From: an uncultured Chloroflexia bacterium
GTDB taxonomy: Bacteria; Chloroflexota; Limnocylindria; Limnocylindrales; CSP1-4
Direction of reading: 5' to 3'
NCBI GenBank assembly: GCA_963713975.1
Contig: OY970218.1
Span: 896,001 to 960,000 of the forward strand
DNA length: 64,000 nucleotides
This document shows, piece after piece, positions 1-10,683 of the stretch (positions within the stretch are counted from its first letter, which is position 1; each line of letters starts with the position of its first letter). The notes beneath the pieces were generated by a model. The model ran no database searches and was not told where the DNA came from. It saw only the letters and a list, made by a program, of their open reading frames with translations. Position numbers and translations under genes: made by a program.

Positions 1-696
1 CCCCGGGAACGGTCCACCAGCAGATCGTCCGGGGCCGCCCATGCGGGCCGCCTGCTCGGCCTGGCGCTGCGCCTCGCCGAGACGGCCGAGGATGCCGCGC
101 AGCTGGCCCGGCTTCTCCGGATCGGCCGGCGGCGCCAGGCGCCCGGCGAGGTACAGGTTGAGCAGCAGGATCACGAGCACGGCGATGAACGCGGCCCCGA
201 ACAGCCCGAGCTGGGCGCCGAGACGGGTCCAGAAGACGCTGTCGAAGCCGACGCTCTGGTACCAGATCGCGTCGGTCCAGAGGTCGATGCCGGTACCGGC
301 CAGGAACACGATGAACGCGATGGCGACGACCACGAGCCCGAACCCGACGCGGCGCAGGATCATGCGGAGTGACGGGGGCTGCGCGCCATCGCTGGGCCCA
401 CCCGCAGCGGTGCCAGCCTGCGGGCCCTTCGGCGGCGCACCGGCCTTCGACCGTGCGCCGCGGGCGCGTCGGCGGATCGGGGTCGGCTCCTCGGCGGCAG
501 AGCTGCCGCCCGCGTCTGCTGCGTCATCCGCGTCGGGCGCGGCCCGGCCGCCACGCTCCTCGCCATCTCCTCGACCGGCGTCATCGGCCGACGGGTGCTT
601 GTCCCCGTCGCCGGCACCCGGACCCGGATCGCGGCCCTCGGCCTCGGCGCGCCGGCGTTCCAACTCGCGCATGAACTCGTCGAACAGGTCACCCAT
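1..696 (-). CDS. UPF0182 family membrane protein, 5' part (runs off window)
   Basis: Not in ORF track; hand-translated MGDLFDEFMRELERRR...GIDLWTDAIWYQSVGFDSVFWTRLGAQLGLF, matching the UPF0182 N-terminal 'D.lWf.s.G...Vf.t.l' pattern; TAGACT 7 nt before ATG 696. Confidence 0.8.
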   Translation of the reverse strand, partial: MGDLFDEFMRELERRRAEAEGRDPGPGAGDGDKHPSADDAGRGDGEERGGRAAPDADDAADAGGSSAAEEPTPIRRRARGARSKAGAPPKGPQAGTAAGGPSDGAQPPSLRMILRRVGFGLVVVAIAFIVFLAGTGIDLWTDAIWYQSVGFDSVFWTRLGAQLGLFGAAFIAVLVILLLNLYLAGRLAPPADPEKPGQLRGILGRLGEAQRQAEQAARMGGPGRSAGGPFPG

Positions 697-744
697 CGGC
701 ATGAGTCTAGGCGAGACTGCACGAACTGGCGCAGGCCGTTCGGC

Positions 745-1203
745 TCAGGGCCGGTGCATTGACTCCACCGAGCGCCTGAATCCGGCAAGGACCTGCTCGG
801 CGAGCTGGTTGGGGCGCAGCGTGGCAGCGAGGGCGGGTTCCCATCGGAACGCGGCCCTGATGGCCAGCGGACACCGCCACGGCTGCGTGTCGTCCTCCGG
901 CGGAACGAGCGGTACGAGGCGGATCGCGAGGCGCCCGTCCTCTTCGCGAATCATCCCGGACAGTGAGCCGGCGAGTGAGGGGCCAAGGCGCATTAACGGG
1001 GGCTCGGGAGGCGGACCGGCGGCCGGGCCGATCTCGCGAAAGCTCACGATGCCCTCGTCGTCCGCCACCCACAGGACGGCGAGCCACCAGTCATCAGGAC
1101 CGTCGACCGGCTTCGCCATGCCGGCCTGGAGCCGACGATCGCCGATCCGGACCTCCTGCTCGCGCAGGAAGGACGGGCCGGGGTGGGGAAGTCGCTCGGA
1201 CAC
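745..1203 (-). CDS. hypothetical protein
   Basis: Globular-looking ORF in gene-dense minus-strand run; GTG 1203 preceded by TATCCT at 7 nt. Confidence 0.65.
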   Translation of the reverse strand: MSERLPHPGPSFLREQEVRIGDRRLQAGMAKPVDGPDDWWLAVLWVADDEGIVSFREIGPAAGPPPEPPLMRLGPSLAGSLSGMIREEDGRLAIRLVPLVPPEDDTQPWRCPLAIRAAFRWEPALAATLRPNQLAEQVLAGFRRSVESMHRP

Positions 1204-1287
1204 GCAGCCGAGGATACCGGCCCGGACGGCCGGAGCCATTGCCACCTGCGGGCGTCGTGCGCCGCGGCCTGGGTTCGCGCTACCCGG

Positions 1288-1863
1288 TCAGCCGGGGATG
1301 GGCGGCTCCGCCGCCGCGGGAGCTCCATCCGGGTCCACCTCCGGTGGCCATTCCGCCTCGGGTTCCCCGGTCTCGGGGGCCTCCGGCTCGCCGCCGGCGG
1401 GCGCAGCGCCGGCCGCCGGCTCCGCCTCGGCGTCGGTCACTGCCTCCGGGGCGGCCAGCTGCGACAGCGGGATCCCGTACTTGGCCAGCACGTCCGCCTT
1501 GAGGGCGACGGTCTCGGCCGTCAGGTCCGCACGCTCCGCCTCCAGCTGCAGGCGGAGCATCTCCCGCCGCACCTCGACGTCCGGCGGAGCGAGCGAATCC
1601 GGGCTGGCGGGACCGCCGCCGGTATCCGGCATGGTCTCGCCCGTGATGAACGAGAGGATCCCGCCGCGGGGACGGCCCGCATCGGAACGAGCCCGCAGGA
1701 TCGCCTCCGGGTCCAGCGTCGTGACGCCCTTGATCTCCGCGTCTGCGCCTGAGGTGCCAACCAGCGTGGCAAGACATGAGGGACACTGCTCGACTGGTGC
1801 GTCGGGCAGGACAGCCGAGCACCACGGGCAACGGGTGATCGGACCGTTCATCGAATTGGCCAT
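1288..1863 (-). CDS. zinc-ribbon-containing hypothetical protein with coiled coil and acidic tail
   Basis: CPWC...CPSC at N-terminus; EVRREMLRLQLEAERADL helix; Glu/Pro-rich C-terminus. Confidence 0.65.
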   Translation of the reverse strand: MANSMNGPITRCPWCSAVLPDAPVEQCPSCLATLVGTSGADAEIKGVTTLDPEAILRARSDAGRPRGGILSFITGETMPDTGGGPASPDSLAPPDVEVRREMLRLQLEAERADLTAETVALKADVLAKYGIPLSQLAAPEAVTDAEAEPAAGAAPAGGEPEAPETGEPEAEWPPEVDPDGAPAAAEPPIPG

Positions 1864-1921
1864 GTGCGCATTTTGCACCCTCGCGGCTGCGTGCCAACCA
1901 CCTATTCGGCCTATGCCGCCG

Positions 1922-3712
1922 CTACTCCCACTCGATGGTGGCCGGCGGCTTGCTGCTGATGTCGTAGACGACCCGGTTGACGCCCGGAACCTCGTTGACG
2001 ATCCGGGACGAGATCTTGCCCAGCACGTCGTAAGGCAGCTTTGCCCAGTCAGCGGTCATCCCGTCCTCGGAGGTCACCGCGCGTATCGCCACGACATTCG
2101 CATAGGTGCGCCCGTCACCCATGACGCCCACGGACCGGACCGGTGTGAGGATCGCGAACGACTGCCACACGTTGCGGTACAGGCCGGCGGCCTTGATCTC
2201 GTCGATCACGATCCAGTCCGCGTCCCGGAGCGTGTCCAGGCGCTCGGCCGTGACCTCACCGATGATCCGGATCGCGAGGCCCGGGCCGGGGAAGGGCTGA
2301 CGCTGGACCATCGCGTCGGGCAGGCCCATCGCCGTGCCCACGTTGCGCACCTCGTCCTTGAACAGGTAGCGCAGCGGCTCGATCAGCTGGAACCGGAGGT
2401 CGGCCGGCAGCCCGCCGACGTTGTGGTGGGTCTTGATCTTCTGGGCGGTCTTCGTCTCGGGTGTCGTGGACTCGATGACGTCCGGGTAGAGCGTCCCCTG
2501 GGTGAGGAAGTCGATCTGGCCGATCCTCGCCGCCTCCTCCTCGAACACGCGGATGAACTCGTCGCCGATGATCCGGCGCTTCTGCTCGGGGTCGGTGATG
2601 CCGGCGAGGCGTGCCAGGAATTGCTGCCGCGCGTCCACCATGACCAGCCTCATGCCCAGGTTGGCCTCGAACGTGACACGCAGGAGCTCCGACTCCTTCT
2701 TGCGCATGAGTCCGTGGTCCACGTAGATGCAGGTCAGGCGGTCGCCGACGGCCCGGTGCACGAGCGCCGCCGCGACCGCGGAGTCCACGCCGCCCGAGAG
2801 CGCACAGATCACCTGTCCGGTGGATCCCGTCTCGCGGGCGTGCCTGTCGACGCGGGTCCTGATCTCCTCGACGGTGGTCTCGATGAAGTTGGCCGGGGTC
2901 CACGAGGGCGAGATCCCGGCGATACCGGTCACGAAGTTGCGCAGGACGTCCCTGCCCCGTGGTGTGTGCGCGACCTCCGGGTGGAACTGGATCCCGTACA
3001 GGTGGCGCGTCGGGTCCGCGAGCCCGGCGTAGGGCGTTGAATCCGTCTGCGCGGTGGCGTGGAAGCCATCCGGGATGCGGGTGATGGAGTCGCCGTGGCT
3101 CATCCAGACCGGCTGCTCGCGGTCGATCCCCGCAAAGAGGCCGTCATCCCGCGTCACCTGGACGGTCGCCGGCCCGTACTCGCGCCTGTCGGCCGGCATC
3201 ACGTCACCGCCCAGCTCGATCGCCATCAGCTGGGCGCCGTAGCAGATGCCCAGGACAGGCAGCCGGCCGGACCAGATCGAGGCGTCAGCCCTCGGAGCGG
3301 CTCCGTCGTAGACCGAGTTGGGACCGCCGGAGAGGATGATCGCCCGCACGCCGCGCCGCTCGAGCTCGGCCAGGGGCGTGTCGTGGGGCAGGAGCTCCGA
3401 GTAGACGTTGAGCTCCCGGACGCGGCGGGCGATCAGCTGGGCGAACTGGGAGCCGAAGTCCAGGATGGCGACCACGCCGGGCTCGGGCTGCACGGCCGCG
3501 ATCGGGGGATCGGTAGGGGCGCGGTCCGGGGCCGGGGCATCGAGCGCGACCTCGAGATATGCCTCGACCTCCGCGTCGTCCGGGGCGAGAACCCGGTGAC
3601 CGGCGTTGGCGGCCTCGCCGTGCACGGTCTTGCCGCGGTCCTTCACGGGCTCGTTCGCGGCCGTCGCGTCGACCCCCGATTCGGTCGCCCCCTGGTCCTC
3701 CGGCTCGGCCAA
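1922..3712 (-). CDS. guaA: GMP synthase (glutamine-hydrolysing)
   Basis: [46 protein letters not shown]; GGGAGG SD before TTG. Confidence 0.97.
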   Translation of the reverse strand: MAEPEDQGATESGVDATAANEPVKDRGKTVHGEAANAGHRVLAPDDAEVEAYLEVALDAPAPDRAPTDPPIAAVQPEPGVVAILDFGSQFAQLIARRVRELNVYSELLPHDTPLAELERRGVRAIILSGGPNSVYDGAAPRADASIWSGRLPVLGICYGAQLMAIELGGDVMPADRREYGPATVQVTRDDGLFAGIDREQPVWMSHGDSITRIPDGFHATAQTDSTPYAGLADPTRHLYGIQFHPEVAHTPRGRDVLRNFVTGIAGISPSWTPANFIETTVEEIRTRVDRHARETGSTGQVICALSGGVDSAVAAALVHRAVGDRLTCIYVDHGLMRKKESELLRVTFEANLGMRLVMVDARQQFLARLAGITDPEQKRRIIGDEFIRVFEEEAARIGQIDFLTQGTLYPDVIESTTPETKTAQKIKTHHNVGGLPADLRFQLIEPLRYLFKDEVRNVGTAMGLPDAMVQRQPFPGPGLAIRIIGEVTAERLDTLRDADWIVIDEIKAAGLYRNVWQSFAILTPVRSVGVMGDGRTYANVVAIRAVTSEDGMTADWAKLPYDVLGKISSRIVNEVPGVNRVVYDISSKPPATIEWE

Positions 3713-3762
3713 CGGCCCCTCCCGCCTGTCGTTCGATGGTCCTGGCAGAGTCTACCCGGCAC

Positions 3763-5817
3763 CTATGGCTTGACGGGCGCCCCCCGGAACGTGCCCGTGA
3801 CCTTCGCGTCCGCTGCCCCGTCACCCTCGTAGCGAAGGTCGCCGTCGGGGATCGTCACCTTGAGGGTCACGACGCCGCTCTCGTCGTCGATGGCGCCGGT
3901 ACCCGTCACGGGCACGCCATCGGTCAGCTCGCACGCGTCGAGCCGAAGGCCCGTACCGGCATCGCCGGGGGTGTAGGAGAGCACGCCGCCGTAGTCGCAG
4001 CCCATCGCGATCGGCTTCTCGTCGAGCTCGTAGACGTAGTCGTCGGTGTTGAGGACCTGGGTCACGAGCGATGTCATGAAGTCGACGCCGCCGGTGTAGG
4101 CCGCCTCCGTGTCCTTCGCGAGCGCCACGTAGTCGTCGGCGACATAGCCTTCGCAGGCGAGGACCGGGGGCAGCGCCTTGCCCTTGACCATCCAGTCCGC
4201 AACCGGCTTGTCCGGGCAGTCCAGGCCCCAGCCGAAGATGACGTGGGGGCCACCGGCCTGGATGATCACGTGGGCGTCGCGGAGCCGGTTCGCGATGCGG
4301 ATGGCGTTCGCCACGGGCGTGATCGGATCGGTCGTCGCGACCATGACGACGGTGGGGTAGGGGGCGTCGACGATCGGCGCGGGCCGCTCCCCGGACGCGG
4401 GATGGTTCGGCCAGTACAGGCACGGCATGTCGTCGTAGTAGATGCCGCCGAAGCGGGCGTCGGCCACGCCGAGCGTTCGCGCGTCGTCGAGGAACCCGGC
4501 GAGCCGCTCCTCGTCGGTGGCGGCGTCCGCCTGGTAGACGTAGTCCTGGCACTCGACGGCGTAGTACATGGCGTCCGAGTAGGTGGGGTCGGGTACGGCC
4601 TTGAGCGTGTCGGGGTCCACGGCGATCGCGGCGTACGAGATCCGGGCCAGCGGGACGAGGTTGCCGTCCGAGGCCGCGGCGAGCGCGCGCAGCAACAGGA
4701 ACCGGTCGGTGGGCGCGTAGAGATAGCCGACAACCGCGTTCACGAGCGCGGCGGCCGTGAAGGTCCGCGGCTGGATCGTGCCATTCCCCATCGGGAAGTC
4801 GAAGGTGATCCCACCGGCCCCGGCGCGTGTCTCGAGGTCCCGGTACACGGCCTCGGGGTCGCGCCCCCCGAAGTCGCCGAGGCACACGGGGTCGGCCGCA
4901 CAGGCGTTGAGCGTTGCGAACAGCGTGTCCTCGAAGGTGCGGGCCGCCTCGGCGTAGTACTCCGCCCCGTCGAGCGTCAGGTCCACGGGGCCGTCCAGGT
5001 AGAGCGTGGCGATCCGATCGGGGTGGGCGGTCGCGTACGTCTGCACGTACTGCGTGCCGTAGCTCTCGCCGTAGAGGTGCATCGTCTCGACGCCCAGGTA
5101 CTCGCGGATCGCCTCGAGGTCCTCAACCGCCTGGCGGGTCGCGTAGTAGGGCAGGTCCGCCGGATCGGCCCCCGACTCGCCGAGGCAGGCCTCGACATAG
5201 GTCCGCGCGGCGTCGCCGGCAGCCCGGGCCTGGGCGAGGTCCGCCGGATCGACGGTGCTCGCGTAGAAGGTTGCCGTGGCGTTCGGACACGCGATCGGAT
5301 GCGACATCCCGATGCCGCGCTGGTCCAGGAACACGATGTCGAAGTGCTCCGGGATGGAGGCCGGGTAGTAGCCCGTGTAGTTGTCGGCCGAGGCGATGCC
5401 GCTCGAGCCGGGGCCTCCGGTGATGACCACGTAGGTGCCGAGCCGCTTCCCGGTGGCCCGCCGGACCCCGAACTCGACGTCCCACCTCGGCCCGTCGGCG
5501 GTGAAGTGATCGCGTGGCACGGCCAGCGTGATGCACTCGAACTCGCTCTCGTCGGGGCATGGGCGCCGGCCCACGTAGGACCAGCCACCGGGGACGGCGG
5601 CAGCGGCCGGAGTCGCCGTTGGGGACGCGGTGGCGGAAGGCGCGGGCTCCGAGGGCTGGGGCGCGGACGGGGCGGCAACCGCGCTCGACGGGGATGGCGT
5701 GGTGGCGGCGACGGTCGGCGTCGCGGGCTCAGGCGCAGGCGCGCACCCGGCCACGACAAACGCCATGGCCAGGAGGCCGGCCGTGCCGGCACGAGCGATC
5801 CGTCCACCGGTCAGCAT
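3763..5817 (-). CDS. secreted lipoprotein alpha/beta hydrolase, TAP (tripeptidyl aminopeptidase)-like
   Basis: Lipobox VVAGC, Pro/Ala linker, GGPGSSG, DQRGIG.S, nucleophile GESYG, DPITP, C-terminal His (GPHVI). Confidence 0.85.
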   Translation of the reverse strand: MLTGGRIARAGTAGLLAMAFVVAGCAPAPEPATPTVAATTPSPSSAVAAPSAPQPSEPAPSATASPTATPAAAAVPGGWSYVGRRPCPDESEFECITLAVPRDHFTADGPRWDVEFGVRRATGKRLGTYVVITGGPGSSGIASADNYTGYYPASIPEHFDIVFLDQRGIGMSHPIACPNATATFYASTVDPADLAQARAAGDAARTYVEACLGESGADPADLPYYATRQAVEDLEAIREYLGVETMHLYGESYGTQYVQTYATAHPDRIATLYLDGPVDLTLDGAEYYAEAARTFEDTLFATLNACAADPVCLGDFGGRDPEAVYRDLETRAGAGGITFDFPMGNGTIQPRTFTAAALVNAVVGYLYAPTDRFLLLRALAAASDGNLVPLARISYAAIAVDPDTLKAVPDPTYSDAMYYAVECQDYVYQADAATDEERLAGFLDDARTLGVADARFGGIYYDDMPCLYWPNHPASGERPAPIVDAPYPTVVMVATTDPITPVANAIRIANRLRDAHVIIQAGGPHVIFGWGLDCPDKPVADWMVKGKALPPVLACEGYVADDYVALAKDTEAAYTGGVDFMTSLVTQVLNTDDYVYELDEKPIAMGCDYGGVLSYTPGDAGTGLRLDACELTDGVPVTGTGAIDDESGVVTLKVTIPDGDLRYEGDGAADAKVTGTFRGAPVKP

Positions 5818-5951
5818 CGGTTGATCCTACGCCGTTGGTGAACGGGTGATCACGACGGTCGCGGACGGTGCGAGTGCCGGGCCCGGCGACCAGGGTCGCG
5901 CGCCGTCCGAGTGGGACGCGCGGCGCTGGCCCGACGTCCCGTGGCTTCCGG

Positions 5952-7118
5952 CTACCGGCCGCGAAGCTGCCAGGACTTCCCCTCGGTCACCACGGACGGC
6001 GCGTACACGATCTCCACGTCGTGCATGTCCGCGATCGTCCGCGCACCCAGGGCCGCCATCGACTGGCGCAGCGCGCCGACCAGATTCTGCGTGCCATCCG
6101 TGACGTGCGATGGACCGTTGAGGACCTGGTCCAGCGGCCCCGAGGTGCCGACCCTGATCCGCGTGCCCCGCGGCAGCACCGGCGAGGGAGCCGCCATGCC
6201 CCAGTTGGTGCCGCGGCCGGGTGCCTCGGCAGCGCGCGCCAGTGGCGTGCCCAGCATCACGACGTCCGCGCCGGCGGCGATCGCCTTGGCGAGGTCGCCG
6301 CCACGCTTCATGCCGCCGTCTGCGACGACGGGCACGTAGCGACCGGTCTCGGCGAGGTAGAGGTTCCTGGCCGCAGTCACGTCCGCGATCGCCGTCACCT
6401 GGGGGATGCCGATCCCCAGGACCTCGCGCGTGGTGCACGCGGCACCCGGACCGACGCCCACGAAGATCGCCGCCGCACCCTGCTCCATCAGCTGGTAGGC
6501 CGCTTCGGCGTTGGTGGTGTTGCCCACCGCGACCGGGATGGGCATGAGCCTCGTGAACTCCGCGAGGGAGAGGGGCTCGTAGCCCGTGGCCAGGTGGCGG
6601 GCGGAGGACACCTGGCTCTGGACCAGGAACAGGTCGGCGCCGTGCTCCGCGCTGAACTGGCCGTACCGGCGGGCAATGCCGGGCGTCGCGGAGAGCGCGG
6701 CAGGCGACCCCGCCGCGTGCAGCTCACCGATCCGACGGGCGATCAGCTCCTCGCGGATGGGTGCAGCGTAGACATCCGCCAGCACGTCCTGGACGCGGTC
6801 GTCGGGGGCGGTGATGATGCGTTCGAGGATGTCGGCCGGGTCGTCATAGCGGAACTGCACGCCCTCGAGGTTCAGGATCGAGAGTCCACCGAGGCGCGCC
6901 AGCTCGCCCGAGAGGCGCACGTCGGCCACCGCGTCCATCGCGGCCGCGAGCACCGGCGTCTCCAGGCGGATGCCGCAGAAGTCCTGGGCCAGGACGACGT
7001 CGGCCGGGTCGACCGTGTCGGTGCCGGGAGCCAGGGACACGTCCTCGAACCCGTAGGTCGGTCGGATGCTGTCCACCTTGGAGCGGAAGACCCGCCGGTT
7101 CGCCAGGGTCTCGGTCAT
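5952..7118 (-). CDS. guaB3: IMP dehydrogenase-related protein (GuaB3 family)
   Basis: [48 protein letters not shown]; no CBS domains. Confidence 0.88.
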   Translation of the reverse strand: MTETLANRRVFRSKVDSIRPTYGFEDVSLAPGTDTVDPADVVLAQDFCGIRLETPVLAAAMDAVADVRLSGELARLGGLSILNLEGVQFRYDDPADILERIITAPDDRVQDVLADVYAAPIREELIARRIGELHAAGSPAALSATPGIARRYGQFSAEHGADLFLVQSQVSSARHLATGYEPLSLAEFTRLMPIPVAVGNTTNAEAAYQLMEQGAAAIFVGVGPGAACTTREVLGIGIPQVTAIADVTAARNLYLAETGRYVPVVADGGMKRGGDLAKAIAAGADVVMLGTPLARAAEAPGRGTNWGMAAPSPVLPRGTRIRVGTSGPLDQVLNGPSHVTDGTQNLVGALRQSMAALGARTIADMHDVEIVYAPSVVTEGKSWQLRGR

Positions 7119-7250
7119 GGCCTCGTCCTCACCCGCAATCGTCCACTCCTCCAAAGCGTCGGCACAGTCTACCCGGCAGCCGGGCCGCGCCATACTGGCG
7201 GGGTTCGATCAACTTCGGTCGAGCTGCAGCATGGGTGAGGTGGTCGCACG

Positions 7251-8078
7251 ATGGCCAAGGAGAGTCCCCGGGCGAGGTCGGTCGGCAGCACGCCCGCCCG
7301 TGCAAAGCTCACCAACAAGGTCTACCAGAAGGAGCTATCCGGGCTCCAGGTGGAGCTTTCCAGGCTCCAGGAGTGGGTCAAGGCACGTGGCCTCAAGGTG
7401 GTGGTGGTCTTCGAGGGCCGCGACGCCGCGGGAAAGGGTGGCGCCATCAAGACGATCACCCTGGGCCTCAACCCGCGCATCGCGCGCATCGTCGCCCTGC
7501 CGGCTCCGACCGAGCGCGAGCGGGGCCAGTGGTACTTCCAGCGCTACACGGCCCACCTCCCTGCCGCCGGCGAGATGGTCCTGCTGGACCGCAGCTGGTA
7601 CAACCGCGCCGGCGTGGAGCGCGTGATGGGGTTCGCCACGGCGGAGGAGGTCGAGGAGTTCTACCGCTCCTGTCCCGAGTTCGAGCGGATGCTGGTCCGG
7701 TCCGGGGTCATCCTGATCAAGTACTGGTTCAGCGTGAGCGACGCGGAGCAGGAACGGCGGTTCCAGGCACGGATCGAGAACCCGACCAAGCGCTGGAAGC
7801 TCTCGCCGATGGACCTCATGTCCCGGACACGCTGGGTCGAGTACTCGATCGCCAAGGACGAGATGTTCCGCTACACGGACATCAAGCAGGCACCCTGGTA
7901 CGTGGTGAATGGCGACGATAAGCGACGGGCCCGCTTGAACGTGATCCACCACCTTCTGTCGCTGGTCCCCTACGAGGACCTCACGCCGGAGCCCATCGTG
8001 CTGCCCCCGCGCGAACCCGATCGTGGCTATGTCCGCCCGCCGATGGACGAGCAGACGTTCGTGCCCGAGGTCTACTGA
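7251..8078 (+). CDS. ppk2: polyphosphate kinase 2
   Basis: FEGRDAAGKGG, DRSWYNRAGVERVMGF, KRWKLSPMD. Confidence 0.96.
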   Translation: MAKESPRARSVGSTPARAKLTNKVYQKELSGLQVELSRLQEWVKARGLKVVVVFEGRDAAGKGGAIKTITLGLNPRIARIVALPAPTERERGQWYFQRYTAHLPAAGEMVLLDRSWYNRAGVERVMGFATAEEVEEFYRSCPEFERMLVRSGVILIKYWFSVSDAEQERRFQARIENPTKRWKLSPMDLMSRTRWVEYSIAKDEMFRYTDIKQAPWYVVNGDDKRRARLNVIHHLLSLVPYEDLTPEPIVLPPREPDRGYVRPPMDEQTFVPEVY

Positions 8079-8105
8079 CCCTGCGCCGTGGCCGCGTGGC
8101 TGAGA

Positions 8106-8642
8106 TCAGCCCGATGTCGGCCGGCGGGCGATACGACGGCCATCGGCGTCGAGGGCGAACCAGCGGGCCAGCTCCGGGACAAGCAGCTGCTCGCGGACGC
8201 GCCGGACGGATTCCGTGTAGGACGGCCAGACGGCGAGCGTGGGCGCCTCTGCCGCGGGAACCCAGCGCAGGCTGTCGTGCTCCCAGCTCTTGTGGGGCTC
8301 GGCATCGGGGCGCACCCGGGCAGCGAAGATCGCGCTCACAACCACCGCATCGGCGCCTTCGTCGTAGAACGGCGCGACCTGGTCCAGGTCGAAGAAGGTC
8401 TCGATCTCGTCTGGGCCCAGGCCGGTCTCCTCCCGAACCTCGCGCATGGCCGCGGACGGGATCCGCTCACCCGGCTCCACGCCGCCGGTCACGCACTGCC
8501 ACAGCCCCGGGAAGATCCGGTGCGGGGCCCGGCGGATGAGCAGGATCTCGAGACGCTCGGCATCCGGGCGGACGTCGGACGGACCGGCGGGTGGCACGAC
8601 GCGGAAGACCCAGCACTCGACGAGATCGGGGCGCAGGCTCAC
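8106..8642 (-). CDS. NUDIX hydrolase (NudB-like)
   Basis: WQCVTGGVEPGE...AAMREVREETGL Nudix box; EH..W. Confidence 0.88.
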   Translation of the reverse strand: MSLRPDLVECWVFRVVPPAGPSDVRPDAERLEILLIRRAPHRIFPGLWQCVTGGVEPGERIPSAAMREVREETGLGPDEIETFFDLDQVAPFYDEGADAVVVSAIFAARVRPDAEPHKSWEHDSLRWVPAAEAPTLAVWPSYTESVRRVREQLLVPELARWFALDADGRRIARRPTSG

Positions 8643-9217
8643 CGGATCGACTCCTCCAGCGTCTCGAGCTGCGCGAGATGCATCAGATCATGGACGCCTG
8701 CAAAGAGCAGCCACTCCCCACACCGCAGCCGCCCAACCTGGGGGTGGTCGAGCGGACACGGGTCCAGCTCGTGGCCATCGATGCTTCGGGCGGCGCGCTC
8801 GATGATCCGCTGGCTGGTGGCCAGTCGCCGTAGCAGACCATCCCGGGCATCGTCGGCCGCGCCCGGGACCCCGGGCACCACGGTGGGCGCGTCGGTGGGC
8901 CAGCGATCCGACGCCGCCAGCGACGCGGCCATCACCAGCCCCGCCCGGGCGCTCGCCGTGTGGCCGATCGCCTGCGCCACGTTCCAGTCGCCCTCGCCGC
9001 CCGGCATGGCGAACGCCCGCTCCGGCAGCCCCTCCACCACGCTCGCGAGCGCCGCGGCCACCGCCGCCAGCTGCGGGACGATCCGTGCGGCACTCCCCTC
9101 GCCGGCCCGACGACGGACCTCGCGGCGCACGCTGATCAGCTTTCCCTGGTCGATGCCGCGCCAGGCACCAACGACATCGGGTGCATCGACGGCAAGGCTC
9201 TCGAAACGTGCGCTCAT
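8639..9217 (-). CDS. DinB family protein
   Basis: WNVAQAIGH and C-terminal HDLMHL histidine motif, HPQVG. Confidence 0.75.
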   Translation of the reverse strand: MSARFESLAVDAPDVVGAWRGIDQGKLISVRREVRRRAGEGSAARIVPQLAAVAAALASVVEGLPERAFAMPGGEGDWNVAQAIGHTASARAGLVMAASLAASDRWPTDAPTVVPGVPGAADDARDGLLRRLATSQRIIERAARSIDGHELDPCPLDHPQVGRLRCGEWLLFAGVHDLMHLAQLETLEESIR

Positions 9218-9261
9218 CGAGTCCGAGCGTACAGCGCCCGGGCCGGCCCGAACGCGATCGG

Positions 9262-10194
9262 TCAGGGGAGGAGCTGCCGAAGCGCGAACAGCACGTTCGC
9301 GGGCCGCTCTGCGAGGCGGCGCATGTACCAGCGGTACCAGGCACCGCCGTACGCGATCAGGGTCTCGACACGGTACCCGGATCGGGCGAGGCGACGCTGC
9401 TCCTTCGCCCGGATGCCGTAGAGCATCTGGACCTCGAAGGCGTCGCGGGCAATGCCGGCGGCGGCGGCATGGACGGCGATCTGCTCGATCAGCTCCACGT
9501 CATGCGTCCCGAGGCCGACCCGCATCGAACGCGTGCGGCTCTCCCGGAGCAGGGTGATGGCGAGACCCAGGAAGTTGGCGTCGACCTCCTTCTTCGACTT
9601 GAAGGCGACCGACTTCGACTCGTCGTAGGCGCCCTTGACGAGGCGGATCGCCGGACCGACAGGCAGCAGCCGCTCGACGTCCTTGGCCGTGCGCCGGAGG
9701 TAGGCCTGGAGACAGATGCCGGTGTTCGCGTGCGATGCGCGCAGCCGCTGGTACAGGTCCAGCGTGCGATCGACGTACGTGCTGTCCTCCATGTCGATCC
9801 AGAGGTACGAGCCCTGCGCCTCGGCCGCGGCCGCGAGCACGCGCAGGTGGCCGAAGCAGATGTCCTCGTCGATGTCGAGGCCGAGCTGGGTCGGCTTGAC
9901 GCTGATCTCGCCATCGATCTGGGCGTCCTTGATCTGTGCCAGCAGCTCCAGGTAGTGGTCCACCACGGCCTGTGCGCCTGCGGCCTCCGTGATCGCCTCG
10001 CCGAGCTTCGTGTACAGCGTGCCGATGCCCAGCAGCTGCAGGTCGATGGCAGCGCCCAGCGCGTCCTCGATCCGATCGCCCGGCATGAACCGGTGCACGG
10101 CCCGCCGCATGAAGGGGAGGTTGGGCAGGCGCTCGCCAAGCCAGGGGTTCCGGGCAGCCCAGAGCAGAGCCCTACGAAGCAGTCGGTTGATCAC
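9262..10194 (-). CDS. monofunctional proline dehydrogenase
   Basis: SVKPTQLG, IDMED, LQAYLRR, RLVKGAY, THD, FEVQMLYG, YMRRLAERPAN. Confidence 0.93.
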   Translation of the reverse strand: MINRLLRRALLWAARNPWLGERLPNLPFMRRAVHRFMPGDRIEDALGAAIDLQLLGIGTLYTKLGEAITEAAGAQAVVDHYLELLAQIKDAQIDGEISVKPTQLGLDIDEDICFGHLRVLAAAAEAQGSYLWIDMEDSTYVDRTLDLYQRLRASHANTGICLQAYLRRTAKDVERLLPVGPAIRLVKGAYDESKSVAFKSKKEVDANFLGLAITLLRESRTRSMRVGLGTHDVELIEQIAVHAAAAGIARDAFEVQMLYGIRAKEQRRLARSGYRVETLIAYGGAWYRWYMRRLAERPANVLFALRQLLP

Positions 10195-10520
10195 AGGCGT
10201 TCGAAGCGCTCCACGGGCACGACGAAGACGGTGGCACCACCCATCTCCACCTCGAGCGGATAGGGCATGAAGAACTCACCGGGCTCCATGATCGGCGGCA
10301 TCGGGTTGACGACCTGGGTCCTCGAGTGGCAGGTATCGCGGATGATGCCCATGACCTCCTCGACCTCGTCGTCCTCGACGCCCAGCATCACCGTGGCGTT
10401 GGACTGCTTGAGGAAGCCGCCCGAGGACTGGAGGCGGGTCGCGCGGAAGTCCCGCTCGAGAAGGGCCTCGACGAGGTTGCCCGCGTCTTCGTGGTGCACG
10501 ATGGCGGTGACAAGCTTCAC
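10191..10520 (-). CDS. darA: PII-like cyclic-di-AMP receptor (DarA/PstA/YaaQ, DUF970)
   Basis: KLVTAIVHHEDA...TRLQSSGGFLKQSNATVMLGVEDD...GGATVFVVPVERF; 109 aa from GTG 10520. Confidence 0.9.
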   Translation of the reverse strand: MKLVTAIVHHEDAGNLVEALLERDFRATRLQSSGGFLKQSNATVMLGVEDDEVEEVMGIIRDTCHSRTQVVNPMPPIMEPGEFFMPYPLEVEMGGATVFVVPVERFERL

Positions 10521-10683
10521 GCCGCGGAGCATAGCCCACGCCCAACGGCCGTGACCCGCTCCGCGCACACATGGCGGCCGGCAGGCTGGAGGCGGTGTAG
10601 GATGCGGACTCGCCCGGGTCGGGTGGAGGACGCCGTCCGGAGGTCCGGATGGGCACCCCGGCCGGGCTGACCCGGAGGAATTC

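Noticed and set aside
41-3040. 999-aa plus-strand ORF, and similar long ORFs at 3559-5841, 33487-35913 and 49043-51241
   Set aside because: Antisense shadows of well-supported genes; typical of high-GC DNA with few stop codons, and no motifs
7195-7235. GGTTCGA resembling a tRNA T-loop
   Set aside because: No cloverleaf or acceptor stem; lies in the guaB3/ppk2 promoter region
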